Source: Pocillopora damicornis (lineage: Eukaryota). Taken from it: a DNA stretch of 64,000 nucleotides. Location: contig NW_020846072.1 in assembly GCF_003704095.1 (NCBI RefSeq), positions 62,001 through 126,000 on the forward strand. The letters run 5' to 3'. Below are positions 1-14,100 of the stretch, in pieces. The notes beneath the pieces were generated by a model. It worked only from the letters and a program-made list of their open reading frames with translations, was not told the origin of the DNA and did no database searches. A program made the position numbers and the translations under genes. Position 1 is the first letter of the stretch. Every line of letters begins with the position of its first letter.

Positions 1-42
1 AAAGTTATTTGTGAAAAGATAGATGAACTTAAAAGTTTATAC

Positions 43-3000
43 CTGAGCTTGGGAGCCCTGAACCATAAAAATTAGATTGGTGGGGTCCAGGTGATTGCAT
101 ACCAGAAGGCGTTCCATAAAGACCCCCAAGATGAGGCTGCAAAAGAAACATTCTGTCATGATTGGTTGATATCAACACACACATAATGTTACACAAGAAA
201 TGAAAAGGAGACAAGACCCTTTCAAAAATAGAGTTTACACATAACTAAAATGTCCTTCAAAGTCACTCTTATACATAGCTTAATTCAAGACCAGTGAAAA
301 GTCAAGTATTACTCAGGGCTATGCCGTAAGTTAGTAACAAACAGTGCATGGATAATGCAATAATAATCATGCCTAGAAAATCTCACAAGCTATAAACAGA
401 GTATGAACTTTAACCTCCTTCTCTGGTCTGTGTGGAGGAAACATTGAAGGATTGAAGTACATTCCACCTGATCCATAATCATCATCCCCATCATCATTAA
501 AAACAGGCAACTTTTTCCTCAGGGAGCCAATAGCTGGCATGTTTTTCCTACCACCTAAAGTTTAGAAAAGCACAAGGCCTTATATTAACACACCAAGACT
601 GGGTTTCTAAAAGCACAGTTGGGTTGACTATGCACAGAACTCTGAAGACCTGATAAGCAGACAACATTCAGTTGTTGTTTGACAAAACAAAGTACATCTA
701 ACCATCTTCACATGAGCAAAGTGTTCTATCAACATGACTTTATTTTTGTGAACAGCATCAGTTAGCAATGAAATAGAAACAAGTTTATTAACCCTAGCCC
801 CACCTACGAAGAAATCTCAAGATCTAATGACAGTCTGAATCTGAGGCCTATGTCAACTTTAATTTATATAACCAGGCCTCAGTTGCTAGGGCAGTTACCT
901 TAATTAGTGTGAATAGTGCTTAGAACAACACTGCTAAGATGCTTCATCTAAAAGGAGAAACATTTATTCCTGTGTCCATGATAATATAGTATAGATTTGG
1001 AATAATCAGTGGGAACAACTATGAGAATTATTTTATTTGTTTTCACTTAATTGTGTTTTAATTACTTTGTATTGACAACCAGTTTTATAGCTGAAATGTA
1101 CAGTAAGCACATCGAGAATTAAAACAGCACAAAAACTTTTGTTATTATTATCATCACTTTCTTGTATACCATTGATTTACATGTGGAGTACCTGCTTTAA
1201 AAGTAATTTTAGTATGTATGCTATACAGAAAACTTTAATTTTAACCAAGCCCATCGGTAGTATTCACTCAAGCTTTTGTTAATTTACCATCAGTAGTATT
1301 TACTCAAGCTTTTGTTAATTTACCATTATTATGTACAATTCCCATCAGCAATTTGAACTGCTGTACTTGCTCTATAGATTGTTATGATAATGACACACCT
1401 CTTCAGCTCTTGGACACTAATAATGATAGTACAAGAAACCATCTGCACAAATGCTATTGCTTAGAATGAATTTAGGTCCCAATGGCTCAGTTATTCAAAC
1501 AAGTTCTATTGTGGACCACAATTTTTGATGTCCAATGGACTTTGAAAGTTCCTCGTTGATGGGCTTTTTAAATTTACTAGATCTTCCTTTTGGTGATAAA
1601 TATAAGGCAGCCTTTCTAGAGTTTTACAAAAACTTTATATTAAGGTGATAATTTCTACATGACTTCAGATAGTTTAGAGCCTGGTTTGATGAATACAGGC
1701 TTGAAGTTATATTTTCATTTATTCCAAATATATTATCATTATGTTAACTTTTGAACAAGGACAAATATAAATTGCCAATTTTATTTTAACTTGTAACCAA
1801 TATCCTAAAGTAATGTAAGTAATGTTTTCTGTCATTTTTAAAAATCAAAATGCAAAAAAGTATATAACTACCATTCATTGACAGATGAAGCATAAAAGGA
1901 CAACACACAAACAATGCACATTTCGAAATTATAATTACTACAACAAGACTTTTTTTACCTGGGGAGAGATCCTGTTGACCTTTCCTCGGAGGAAATGGAT
2001 ACCTGATTTAAAAATATGGAAAAAATAATATTAAGAAATATCACACTAACCAGTATTAAAACAATACATCTCATTGTAGCAAATATCATACAATGTAAGT
2101 ATATAATATATAGATTTAGCCAAGCCTAAAAGCGGAGCTCGCATTTTTTTTCTCGCATGTCTCAACTAGAACCTGGGTTGCCCGACTCCAAGCCCAGTAC
2201 ACTGACCACTGGACTACTGAACAAAGCTGTGGCATTGGTGCACTTACAGTACAATTGACCATGCATGTTAAAAGTAGCATCTTGTGCGGTCGTATGGTCG
2301 TACGGTCATTTGATCATACATCCAAATTTTTTCAGCTTGATGGGTTACTACTATTTTGTATAATTATAGGCTATGCTCTGCGAGCTCCACTATCATCAAA
2401 CACGACTCCAATGCTTTTAAACTTCTGATGAAAATTTCATCGTCAAAGAAGTTCCCACAAGTCATAGCAAGCATGGCAATCATTTGTGTACGGATATTAT
2501 TCCAGGGTGATGGAGGCAGGCTGGAGCAAGTTCTAGAAGACTAATTACCAGTGTTTACAACTGAATGGGAGTGAGTGAGTGATTGACTTGTTTGTATATC
2601 ACAGTTCCTTAAATTTGAACTGGTTTGAGTGAAAGTAATAATAACTGCAAAAAAATTACTCTGATTGGTTTGGAAAAGGGGAACAGACTGTGTCTTGTCA
2701 TTAAGACCTTTCATAGGGAATTATGACTTGCATGTACCAGTCTACACCAGACTTATTGGATACAGAAATCAAGTTTCATAGTTTTTAAAACAAAATGAAA
2801 TCAATTGCAAATACACGTAGAGTTGCTTTCATTAATAACACACTATACTCACTGGCTTATTCCAGAAAGTGGATCACCCAAAGGGCGATGGTGTGCCATT
2901 AGAAAAGAAGAACAAATCTTAAAAACCAGTACAGGATGGCCAAGACCTAAAAAGAGAGATTAACATTAAGAACCATTTGCTGGGTGCAGTCTTTATATTA

Positions 3001-4594
3001 TAGTGCAATCATTATGTTCTGTCACAAAGCTATCACTTTCAATCAGGCTAACAAGGGAGACAGGGCAGGTGGGATGACTATCACTGTTTTATACCCACAC
3101 ACAAAAAGTTTTACATCATTTCCCAGCTTGAAATGAAAAAAAAAAAAAAAATTTATATATATATATCACAACCTTTAAACAAAATACACAAAAGAAATTG
3201 AAGCAAATATATAATACAGGCCCATGGAAATTCATGTTTTTATACCCTCTCCTCGCCAGGGACCCCACTGTAACTTGGCACCCATGGTGCTAGGACAATT
3301 TCTTTATGCTGTGTTACAGTGGGGTCCCCAGCAAGGCTCAGTTTAAAAAGGAGGCAAGGTTACCTAGCTGGTTTTCAACGGTCGTGTGTCAAGGTTGATG
3401 TGGATGCAGGCTGTTAGAAACGGTGGAAATTTTTTAAGCTAACTGTGGCTTAGCGTCAGTTGCATGGGGAAGATTGAGTTTGTAGTGAATTGAAATGAAA
3501 CTACAGTGAATGTGATTGGATTCTGCATTGGATTTGTGGCCACCTGGTCACTTTACACTGGAATTTTTTGCTTCTCAGATTGGGTGTTTGGAAATGGAGT
3601 GTTCAGCCTTGGGCTTTTCTTATGTACATTGAAAACCTCGAAATGGACAACTTGCTAAAATGCGTTCTTTTCATTAAAGTAAGTGGTCAGATAACAAGAA
3701 ATATGCTGTGGAAGTAAGGTGAGGTATTTTCTTTGAGAATTTGACGTATTTTTTTATTCCTTAGAATGGTTGTAAATATTCCCATACAAACTCTTATAAT
3801 TCCACTATGACTGTTATTGTGCAAGATGATCATCCAAAACTGGAGCTTGGGCCACCTGTGTCCCAACGTACTTCAATAGGACAAGCAAATGAAGCTCAAT
3901 GTTTTCTACTATACCTGTTTTATACCTTATTATTATAAAACTGTTCATGAGGGGATGTTAAACTTAACTTGAGATACAATTTAGCCTCAACAGTCTTTTC
4001 AAAACAAGTAGCAGTAAGTTGTGAACAATCATACATCAAATTCTATCATCCTGTACACTGTCCTCAGAATGTTAGTGTAAACCCAACAATTTTTGGTGCG
4101 ATCACTAAAAAGGGTGGCACTACGTTATGAAGCTTCCTTTTCATAACTAAGAGAAAATGTCCGTTTACAAGAACAGCGCTCGAATTTGCGCCTCATTGCT
4201 CTTCACGTATTTATACCTTATTTTTATAGGGTACGCACCAAGAACATTAATTAATGTAAACAATGAACAGATAGACATTAAAATATCAGATGTCATCACG
4301 CGAACAGGCTTGTTTGTTCCATGCCAAACAAGATAAAATGACATTAGAAACACTTCCGGAAACCATTCTATACATTGGTGCAGTTATTTTAAAACAGTAC
4401 GTTTTGCAACTTAAATGCATATTTAATCACCTGTGTTAACTGTATCCTGACAACATTAACTCCAGCTTAAGGTTTTTGAGGCTGAATTTTGGGCACAACC
4501 TTGTGGATTTACCCTTTCGATTCAAAAAGTTGATTCCTTTTGTTACATGCGCAATAGAATAAGACACGCTGACCTTCATATGTTACCGGCTCAT
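43..4594 (-). CDS. 5' part of an unidentified multi-exon gene (Gly/Pro/Ser-rich N-terminus), continuing off the left edge
   Basis: Three phase-compatible AG/GT-bounded exons on the minus strand (2002-1959, 554-415, 136-43) read openly: YPFPPRKGQQDLSPGGRKNMPAIGSLRKKLPVFNDDGDDDYGSGGMYFNPSMFPPHRPEKEPHLGGLYGTPSGMQSPGPHQSNFYGSGLPSS. A candidate first coding piece ATG AGC CG|gtaaca at 4594-4587 fits the phase but is less certain. No family recognised. Confidence 0.65.
1251..1326. repeat. 37-bp tandem duplication (intronic)
   Basis: ccatc(g/a)gtagtatt(c/t)actcaagcttttgttaattta x2. Confidence 0.9.
2110..2392. mobile_element. Short interspersed element with sub-terminal inverted repeats and an internal tRNA-like segment
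   Basis: agcggagctcgc (2131-2142) is inverted as gcgagctccact (2380-2391). Minus strand 2216-2166 has A-box-like TAGTCCAGTGG and B-box-like GGTTCTAG. Confidence 0.55.
3251..3336. repeat. GC-rich inverted repeat (hairpin), probably the end of a degraded interspersed element extending to ~3760
   Basis: cctcgccagggaccccactgtaac (3251-3274) pairs with gttacagtggggtccccagcaagg (3313-3336); the core gggaccccactgtaac is perfect. Confidence 0.75.
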
Positions 4595-5147
4595 ACATTG
4601 GTGTGTTCCCACACCTGGTGCCGCAAATATGACATACGAAAGCAAAGCATCTATGTCGTGGCACGGAAGGAGTCATAACGGGTCAATTTATTGACCAATT
4701 CCTGGGCAAAGTCCGGAAAAAATATCGAACACGGAATCAGGTTTCCCAGAAATATAAAAACAAGAAACTTTCAAATTTCCTGAAGAGGATTTTTCCACGT
4801 TCCAGTACTGATCCTCCAATTGAGAAGTTTGGTTTTAATGATTATATAAATAAAAATGACTCCTAACTAATCATTTCATGTTTTTAACACAAATAAAAGC
4901 GAGTGAAAAAACCGAGATTGCATCGACAAAGATTAGCATATAAGCAGCAACGCGGGAACGAGGCTGGGTTGGCTAAGTAGACTTTGAACTTCTCACTGTT
5001 TACTTATTCGCCCGCTTAGGAGGTGTGTGTGTCGGCGTGTAAAGTTCTGTAGCCAAAGAACGCGAAAACCGTTTTGCGTATAATAGTGTTTACAATCTCT
5101 GCTGAGGTGATAGGGTAAATAATCCTTGGAACTTCAACAGGATCAAT
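4595..5147. promoter_or_regulatory. Putative bidirectional promoter and 5'UTRs between the unknown gene and CPT1
   Basis: Divergent start codons about 550 bp apart. Locally CpG-rich relative to the flanking introns. Two forkhead-type TGTTTAC cores near 4997 and 5087. Confidence 0.5.
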
Positions 5148-8100
5148 ATGGCTGAAGCTAGACTTGGGGTAGCATTTCAATTCCAAGTGACCGAGGATGG
5201 AATTATCGTCAACTTCGACAAAAACAGGCTTAAATCTGTCGGTCGAGCTATGGTGAAATCTGCCAAACGGCGGGTTAAGGTTGCAAAGAAGGCGATTTTA
5301 AAGCGATCGTTCCCTGCAACCCCAGCATCTTGGATCCTTCTTGTTGCTGCCTTGGGTGCTGCTCGGTATTCAGAGCATGAAACAACTCTGGGAGTATTGG
5401 GAAAGTTGGAACGTGGATTGCCTTGGTAGGTAGAGGCATTTACTAATTGGACTTTGCCCGCTTCGTCGAAGATTGGAAGAACTTTTTTTCTTAGCCCATA
5501 AGCCGTTATGAACTTCGTAATAATATTTGTTACTGCTTAAGTTGGTGCTATTTACCTCCCATTAGTAAATGTTCTCGCTCTTTTCACTGATTAAGGTTTT
5601 GCTATTAATTTTTTTTACAGATAAACTGAGCTTAATTTGGCAATAATCATCTGACACGATTTAAAATGTGAATCGCGACTAGTTTTATTTTCATCAGATA
5701 GTTAATTTTGAATCCTTTATATTTCCTTAAGAAAGAGCAGCTTCATTAAAATGTATGTTTACGTTACTATCATTCAATGCGAGACAGGTGTGAAAATGAA
5801 GCTAATAATAATCGAGAATGTATTTCAATATGTGAACAGAACTTTGCCCATCAATCACCGAATCTTGAAGTTTGTTGGGTCAATAAGACCCCATGTATTG
5901 CTCTTCGTAAAAAAAGAGCGACAGATGAGGATGTGGCAAATGGGTGTGATCCTAATATTATAATAAAGCTAAAAATAATCGTTACTAGGAAGGTTCGTCG
6001 GGAAGTTTTGAAGTAGGAACCATGTTCTTAAAGTTGGGCTCTTTTTCAATCTCTGCTGAAGAGACCAGAGGGAAATCTCGATTTTGTAACTGGCCAGTAT
6101 CATAGGAACTGATGATCATCTCGTTTACTGGATCGAATTAAACCAGAGAAGAAACTTACCCTTCTTCTGCTAACTCTGTATGCATAATTACTTTCGTTAT
6201 GTTTTGTTTCTTTTGTTAAGTTGATAAGCGAAAAGAGAAAGAACCAGGGAAGAAACTTATTCTTTTTCTGCTAACTCTGTATGCATAATTACATTTGTTA
6301 TGTTTTGTTTCTTTTGTTAAGTTGATTAGCGAAAAGCCATACCAGTAACAAGGATACCCATGCGGTTTGGAAAGGACCTAGGCCGCTTAATTTGTCTTCT
6401 GCTATGAGTTTCCTTAGTCATGTTTTATGAGTCTTTGTTTTGACTGCAATGGCTTGATTTTAGGTAAAGATATCAACAGAAAAAGATATTTTGAATTGAG
6501 ATGAAGGATTTTGCTTAGGGTTGGGACATAAATAAATCCAAAAATTTAAATTATTTACTCACTAACCAGGTCTGTATTTGGAAGCACTGCCTATCAAAAG
6601 AGTTTGATACATGTTCAAGGATAAGGCAGCAGATATTTTGTGTTGTATTATTTTGCCTCAATTTGAGCCGGATATTGGGGGTGGGCCTTAAAATAATGAC
6701 AAGTAATTTGAATTTCCTCTGCTGACCACGTAGTGAAACTGTACTCTGGCTTTCTTGTTTTGGTTTTTTTTTTAGATGATTATTGAATTTTGAGGGTTCA
6801 ACTTGTGCAGAATACATATGAAAATTGTTTGATTGAAGTTTTAAATTTATTTTTGTTTCATATTGTATGACATTATCAACTTTGCATTGATAATGATTTT
6901 CGTGCTGGGACACCAACTCAGTTTACATATATATAATGTATATATGTTTTTGTGCTATTTTGGCAATGTCTGTGACACCTCTACTCATGGATTATTAATT
7001 TCTCATAGAATTATGAAAGGCATATGTTGAAAAACATATCACTTTGTTTTGATAATACTTCTTTTTAGCTTTACTCTCTTTCCTAAGCTAGATCTTATCA
7101 TGTAAATAATTCTATAAATTAATTAAAACTGGATCTTTACTATCTTTTTGGAAATGGTGCTTCTCTTTTATGAATGTTTACTGTTATTTATGCTTAATTT
7201 CTTTAATTTTTCTCTCTTCCATTCCTAAATATGTACAGTGTAATTGTATTTACATCAGTCATGCCAATTTCTTTTGAATTTGAAGAAGACGAGATGTAGT
7301 AATCTGAATTTTAATGGGATTTTTTTTGTAAATTTTCCTTTCAAATTTTTTTCTACATCTAATTGAAAGATCTGAATGTTAAGAAGAGTCATTGATGTTG
7401 TCTGCAGTGTATACTAAAACAAGTTTAATTAACCTTTGGCACTGTAAGAATGCATATTCTCCATACTGTTCTGTAAACATTTCCCAAGGTGCTGACAAAG
7501 AGAATTTGTTTAACAATCAAGAGCTTATGAAGTTGGTGATCATTTGTTTTCTTCTTGTGATCTTAATGTTTGATTCAGGAGTGATTTGTGTGGAGAAATT
7601 AAATGCTAGCTACTCTCAGGGATTACAGGGTTGAAAACAAAAGTCATTTGTCCAAAAGAAAAGCATGTTTAAAATTGTCACACAAAAGACCCAATTAAGA
7701 GCATCATTTGGAATCAGTCCAGCCTGTATTTTTGATACTTTTAATCTTTTTAAACTTTTAATGCTCAGATTTCATGGAGTTGTTTTATTTTGTATCAGAT
7801 AATTTCCAGAGTATGAAATATTAGGGAAAAACTATTGTTTATCATTCATTTTTTTTTAAACACAGGAGTCACAATTTAGATCCCAAAACAGTAATAGCAG
7901 TGGCAGTGTTGGTGTGTGCAACAATACTGTGGATGCTGTTAGGTCACATTCAGCAGTTCACCTTGCGCCAGCTGTTGCGTTATAGAGCATTTCTGTATGA
8001 ACCAAGAGGGTAAGATTACTTGACTTTGATTTCATGATAGAAAATTCAAGATATAAAAAACTTAATAAATGAATTACTCATAAAAACAATTGTATTCTTT

Positions 8101-11100
8101 TGTTGTAGGAAGCTGTCATTAAAAACTAAGTGCTGGCTGGTATGTTTCATTTAGTTGACATGTTTAGTCTTTGTGGTGAATATTATTTTCAAAATTTATC
8201 ATCCTTTACTCTCATTCTTTCCTCTTGTGACTTCAGGGATTAGTGAAACTCCTTGGTGGTAAAAACCCAACTTTGTACAGTTATGAGAAGTCTTTGCCAT
8301 CTTTGCCTGTTCCTGATCTCAATGCCACCACAGAGAGAGTAAGTAATATGTTAATTTTCTCATTTTTGAATTAATTTCTGATCATGAAAGAAACTCAATG
8401 TCACAATACTAAAATTATTTCATTTTTCAGTATTTGCGTTCTGTTAGACCTGTTCTTAGTGAAGAAAGATTTAAAAAGATGGAAACATTAGCAGAAGAAT
8501 TCAAGGTTTGAGAGAGCTTTAATTAATTCAAACTTTCCTGTTAGATATATTACCTATTTTAATTTATTTATAGATATTGACTGGGCATGTGCTTGAACAA
8601 TAAGTTTTGTACATATATTGACTGCCTAGTGTAGGTTCTGAAATTATATTCTGGCAGACAACTTTATTTCCCACTTTTTAACTATTTTTAAGTAACTGAT
8701 TTGTTTATTATTTTTGTGTCTTTAATGATTTGATATTTTGCTGTATAAATAAGTTTGTCATAAATTGTTCTAACAGTTGTATGTTAATTCTCTGGGAGTT
8801 ATAACTATAAAGTTGATGTGATTTGACAAATTCAGTTTTCAAGTAAAGGGTTCAATGATGGTCTTCATAAGTAGCCTGTTTCACTTATGGCTGCAATTAG
8901 GTTTCGTCACACACAAACCACAGCTCTTCCCCAGAACCATACATTTGTGATCTAAGGTAGCTTTGACACACTTTTTAATGTTATTTTTCTTTAGAATGGT
9001 CTTGGGAAGAAGCTACAGCGCTACTTGGTCTGGAGATCCTGGTGGTCCACAAACTATGTTAGTAAAATAGTTAACAGTCATGGGCACCCTCCTAGTCTGC
9101 CTGTTGGGTACTGATCATAAAATTTGTATTAGGATTACAATTTACTTCAGTATTAGTAAGAGTTTTCAATGAACATTGACTTTTATTAATCTAAACTAGT
9201 CATTAAACATACCTACAGGTGACTGCACATACAGTAAGGTTTAATTGCCTTTTCACGATTTCTCTCTTAGGAAGTTTTAATAAATTGAATTAATTTGTAT
9301 TTTGTCATGAAATCTTTGTGAACCTGGTAACATATCTATCTTAAACTAAACACTTAGTTAACATTATTCTTACATATTAAATTTAATTTTAACCCTTAGT
9401 TATCACATGTGCTTTCCATTAGTAAACTTACAGCTTGTTATTTTGACCAATGACACTGCATATATATGTTAAGTGAGGAATATGATAAAATTTATGTCAC
9501 TGTGGTAATAATTTATCTGTAACTAATTGTGTGCTTGACTTTTAACAGATCAGTGACTGGTGGCAGCAGTTTGTGTATCTTCGCTCCAGGGAACCTCTTA
9601 TGATCAATAGTAACTACTATGGAGTGGTCAGTATCTTTCAGTCTTATGATTTGATATTAATTGTGATGTAGATAAACGTAAAAGATGCACACAACTAGTA
9701 GTAGAAAGTAATACAAGTGAATCCAGGGCTGACTATCAACAGCCTGGAACCATTGGCAGGTAAATCTACAATTGTGTTGGGTTTCACAAACAACTGCAGT
9801 CATTAGTGTAAGATATGGTTGAAAAACGTGGCAAATTGATTTTGCTCTTCGTAAAAAAAAAAGTTAAGAGTCAAGGTTCCTCACACAGGTATTTCTTATC
9901 TTTGTGTAAACTCTTTGTTTAAAAAACTTAGATCCAGACAGACCCTGTTTATTTTTCTATTATATTATATGAAAATGTTTTCCTTGGTTTTTTGATGGCT
10001 GGTTTCTGTTATAAGTTTATATTTTGAAATATTAGCCACATTTGTGGTACTGCAGCTGTTTTGAGTTTTTTTCACCACACCATTTTATCCAGGACTCTGT
10101 GGAGGTTCCATCATCAATACAAAGTGCAAGAGCAGCCAATATAATTTATGCCATGTACGCGTACAGAAAACAGATCTTCAAGGAAAAACTGGAACCTGTA
10201 AGTTTAATTTATAATCACTTTATACAATAATTACTCGTTGAAGGCCCTTGAAGTTTATGAAATTTACTATTTTAAGTCCATATTAGAGGTGCATTCCTTT
10301 TGGAAGTTTTATAAATAAAAGGAACACAACCATAATTTGGAATTGAATCACTTTACTCATTTTAGGAATAGTTAAAAAAATAAAACATTATTGAAAAAAC
10401 TTTTTAGAAAAACTTTTTAGAAAAAATTTTTACCCTTTATGGTGGCTGATTTACGTTTTCAACCCAGTTGTTCACACTAAATTACCTTTTTAGCCAATAG
10501 TTAATCCCCTTATCCCCTTGTTCAAAGTTTGGATAATGCTGTCCACTGGATAAAACTCTATTCAAAGGATAACACTATATGTTTAGCTATCACTTACAGA
10601 TCTGCTGGATAGCAATTTTTCCGTTGAATAGTGTTATCTCCCTTTTATACAACTGGGCCCAGAAGACTATTTTGATTAAAACAAAAACTCAATTTTGAGT
10701 TTTAGAAAACTTGTCATTGTTGATATTTAGTTTTATAAATGAATGCACCCCCCTTGTTGAGGTCTGTTTGGCAATAGTGGCTGCTCGTAGTGATTAGTCA
10801 GGAGCTTTTACTTGATAGGTAGCTTCTAAAGAACATTCAGACGTTAGTTACATTAGTCCATAACCGTAATATGGTTTCGTTTGCAGCAATTTGCAATGGG
10901 TTTAATCCCACTTTGTTCAGAACAGTTCAGGAAAACATTTAATACAACTAGGATCCCACTGAAAGAACAAGGTGAATGTAACAATCATTTTCTTCTGGTT
11001 GAGGTTGTTTTTCTCCTGTACCATATGCCTCCTTACATTACTTGCATTAACTGTATCAAATGGCTGTTACATCCTTTCCATCCAATATTACAATATTGTT

Positions 11101-14100
11101 TATAATAATTCTTATCTATAATAAAATCTTGTCTGGGCACTTGGTTTGATTGACTGTCCGCGCAGTTTAGATAACCCTTTCTCACCATAATTTGTTCGAA
11201 TTTGTCATGCACAATACTGTAGTTAGGGAACCCTTAAAATTAATTTGTCAGTTTTTGTTTGTGGAATTTTTACTTTTAGATCACCTCCATCACCATGGTT
11301 CAACATCCCATACTGTTATCTATCATCGTGGAAGATTTTTTAGACTTGAGGTCTTTCATCGTGGACAGTTATTGAAGGCTGCTGATCTGGAAAAGTACGT
11401 CTTATTATGTATTTTGCAGCTTCTTAGAAAATAGGGTAAATGACAAAGCTGTTTTAAGGGGAATACCTGGGTGACATAAGGCCCTTGTTTTACAAAAACA
11501 TGGGGTGCTCAGATCTTACAAGCATATTTAATTAACTTCTCAAAAACAAAAGTTGACATACCAGGTCTACTATTGCACAGTTGTGAATATTATTATTATT
11601 AGGAATGTTCTTAACTTTTGATAAATCCACAGTGTTGAAGTATTGTCATTAGACCCTTACCATGTATACTGCTGTATAATTAAAGTGAAGGAAGTTGTGC
11701 TCTAACGAGAGAATCTTCCTTCCCTGAGCAACAATAAGAGGATTAGGAAATACATGTATTTGCACCAGGTTATTGTTGCCTGAATAAAGGTGCAATTATT
11801 TCATAAGAATCTTTTTAAGATTCTGGTTGGCAGGGTTGAAAGTTTTAATGACATTTATGAATGACTTACAGTCTAAGGCCATTGTAAAACAGTTCATAGT
11901 ATTTTATGGCTAAGCTGCACTATCAAACTTTTTGTCATAATAAACTCATTCCATGATTTTGTTTGTTAGACAAATTATAAAGATCCTGGAAAATGATTCA
12001 AAGCCAGCACCTGGAGAAGAACTTTTACCAGCATTAACTAGTGCTGAGAGGTATAATGATAACACAATACTGTTAACAAAACATATTCTTGTAATTTACA
12101 ATCCATGTCATTTCAATGGAAAAATATTTCATTGAAGTACTTTGTTGCAACCTTTACTCAAACATTTCAGAAATCTGTGGGCTGAGACGAGAAGTACGTA
12201 CTTCAGCAAAGGTGTCAATAAGGAATCTCTGGGTTGTATTGAGGATGTAAGTGAAACCATTTGTCACATCCATGTAGCACAAAGAAAAATTTAAATATCG
12301 GCTAGTTCTGAAGGTTGAAGTTTATAAATTAGATGTGACACATCCCTTGCATGGTGTAAGAATTAACAATACAGAAATGGTTGTCCTAATTGTCAATAAA
12401 GCTTAACATCTATCATCTTTCTCACTCTACCTGTAGTGTCTAATGTCAAACTGTTATAAAATAATCACTTCATCCATGGAGACTTTCAAATTTAATTTTT
12501 TCTGTATTTCACTGTATCTCCTGCATGAGATGCTGGTCCATTTCTTGTTACCTTTGGTATTTTTTCAGGTTTCCTCAATAGTTTGTGAGTAAAATCATTA
12601 AAATATGATTATTTTGTATCATTCGCTAATGTGTGTGAGGGAATCTATATTGATTATTTTCCTGTTGTTTGAAAATTTTTCAGGCTGCAGTTTTCTTGAG
12701 TCTGGAGGATTTGTCATTGAATTATGGACAGGTAAGAGCATAATATTTTGAATGTTAAGACTTAAATGAAGTAAGTAGATTTGATATATTCTGTGAAAGT
12801 GGCCTCTTGAAAAATGTTGGAGCTATTCCTTAGTTATCCTGTGGTATTGGGAGCTTACTATAAAGATTTAGTGATAACCAATCACCTGCTTGTATATTTT
12901 TGAAAAACAGGAAGATTCAGAAGACATGGACTCTCTCTGTCGATATCTGCTTCATGGCAATGGTCACAGTTGCTGGTTTGATAAATCATTCTCTGGCTAC
13001 GTCTTGAAGAATGGCAGGGTAAGAGCCAAGTGGTAGATGATCATAATGGTAAAGTAGTGTAGCTCATATTTTACCACAATTGACAGTTATGTCACATTCA
13101 GATTGGCCAATTTTCGGTTGTTGACAAGAGTACAGAGAACACTGCTAGCCTCAACCTGTCACACAATGCCTTTGACAGCTCTCAAACATGGATCACTTGG
13201 AAATTTTAACATCAATAATCTGGTTAAAAAAGCAATTTGATGGTGGTTTAGTGGAGTTTGTACTCATATCAACTACAATATTCGTCATCACAGTGGTCCA
13301 AATTTGTTGCAAACTATAGCATTTTGACTGCTGTGATGAGGAATCTTGTCATCCATAAGAAAATTGACCACACTAAACCACTGGCGGTTAGTGAACTGTA
13401 CATTCCATCTTTGAACTTACCATCTGCATGACAGAGAGTATTGAACATGCTGAAGAGAATAATGATTTGTGACAATGTCCTTTAAATTTAAAAGTCTTCA
13501 TTAACTTAAGAGGCCCCCTCCTTCCACACATTGTTTGAATACAGCTGAAAGGTTAGATAAAGTATACTCCTTCTTGTATTAAATAAGGATGGGGAAGGAA
13601 GGCCAACATCATACATGTGCATTCAGATAGGAAAAATTAGACTAACTGATATAGTTAGAACAATTACATTGTTCTGCTATTGTTGTTCAATTGAAACTTT
13701 TCATTATCAAGGACTTACAATTATGAGACAGTGTGTATTGATGCTGCATAATTTGAGTGTGTTCTAGAAATTTTATTTATTTATTTATTTATTTTTTGCA
13801 GTTTGGCATTTGTGCAGAGCACTCATGGTATGAACACTTTATACTGTCTTGTATAAAATAATCTCTCCAAATATACAGATATACACACAGTCTAGTAACA
13901 TTTATGCTCTTCCATGCTCTTGACCAATGATTATTTCACAAAAATATCAAATGAAATGAACATGAACATGAACTTGGTGAGATTAACAGTTAAGGGTTGA
14001 TTTTGAGAGATTTCAGTCCATGAAGGGTGTGTTACTGAAGGTATTCTGTCAATGCCTCTCAATGCCCAAGTCACCAATGAAGGTAGGGGGCCAAGGGGCT

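Noticed and set aside
6050-6090. Hammerhead ribozyme (CTGAAGA...GAAA)
   Set aside because: Stems I-III cannot be formed; the other CTGANGA hits examined also lacked the flanking helices.
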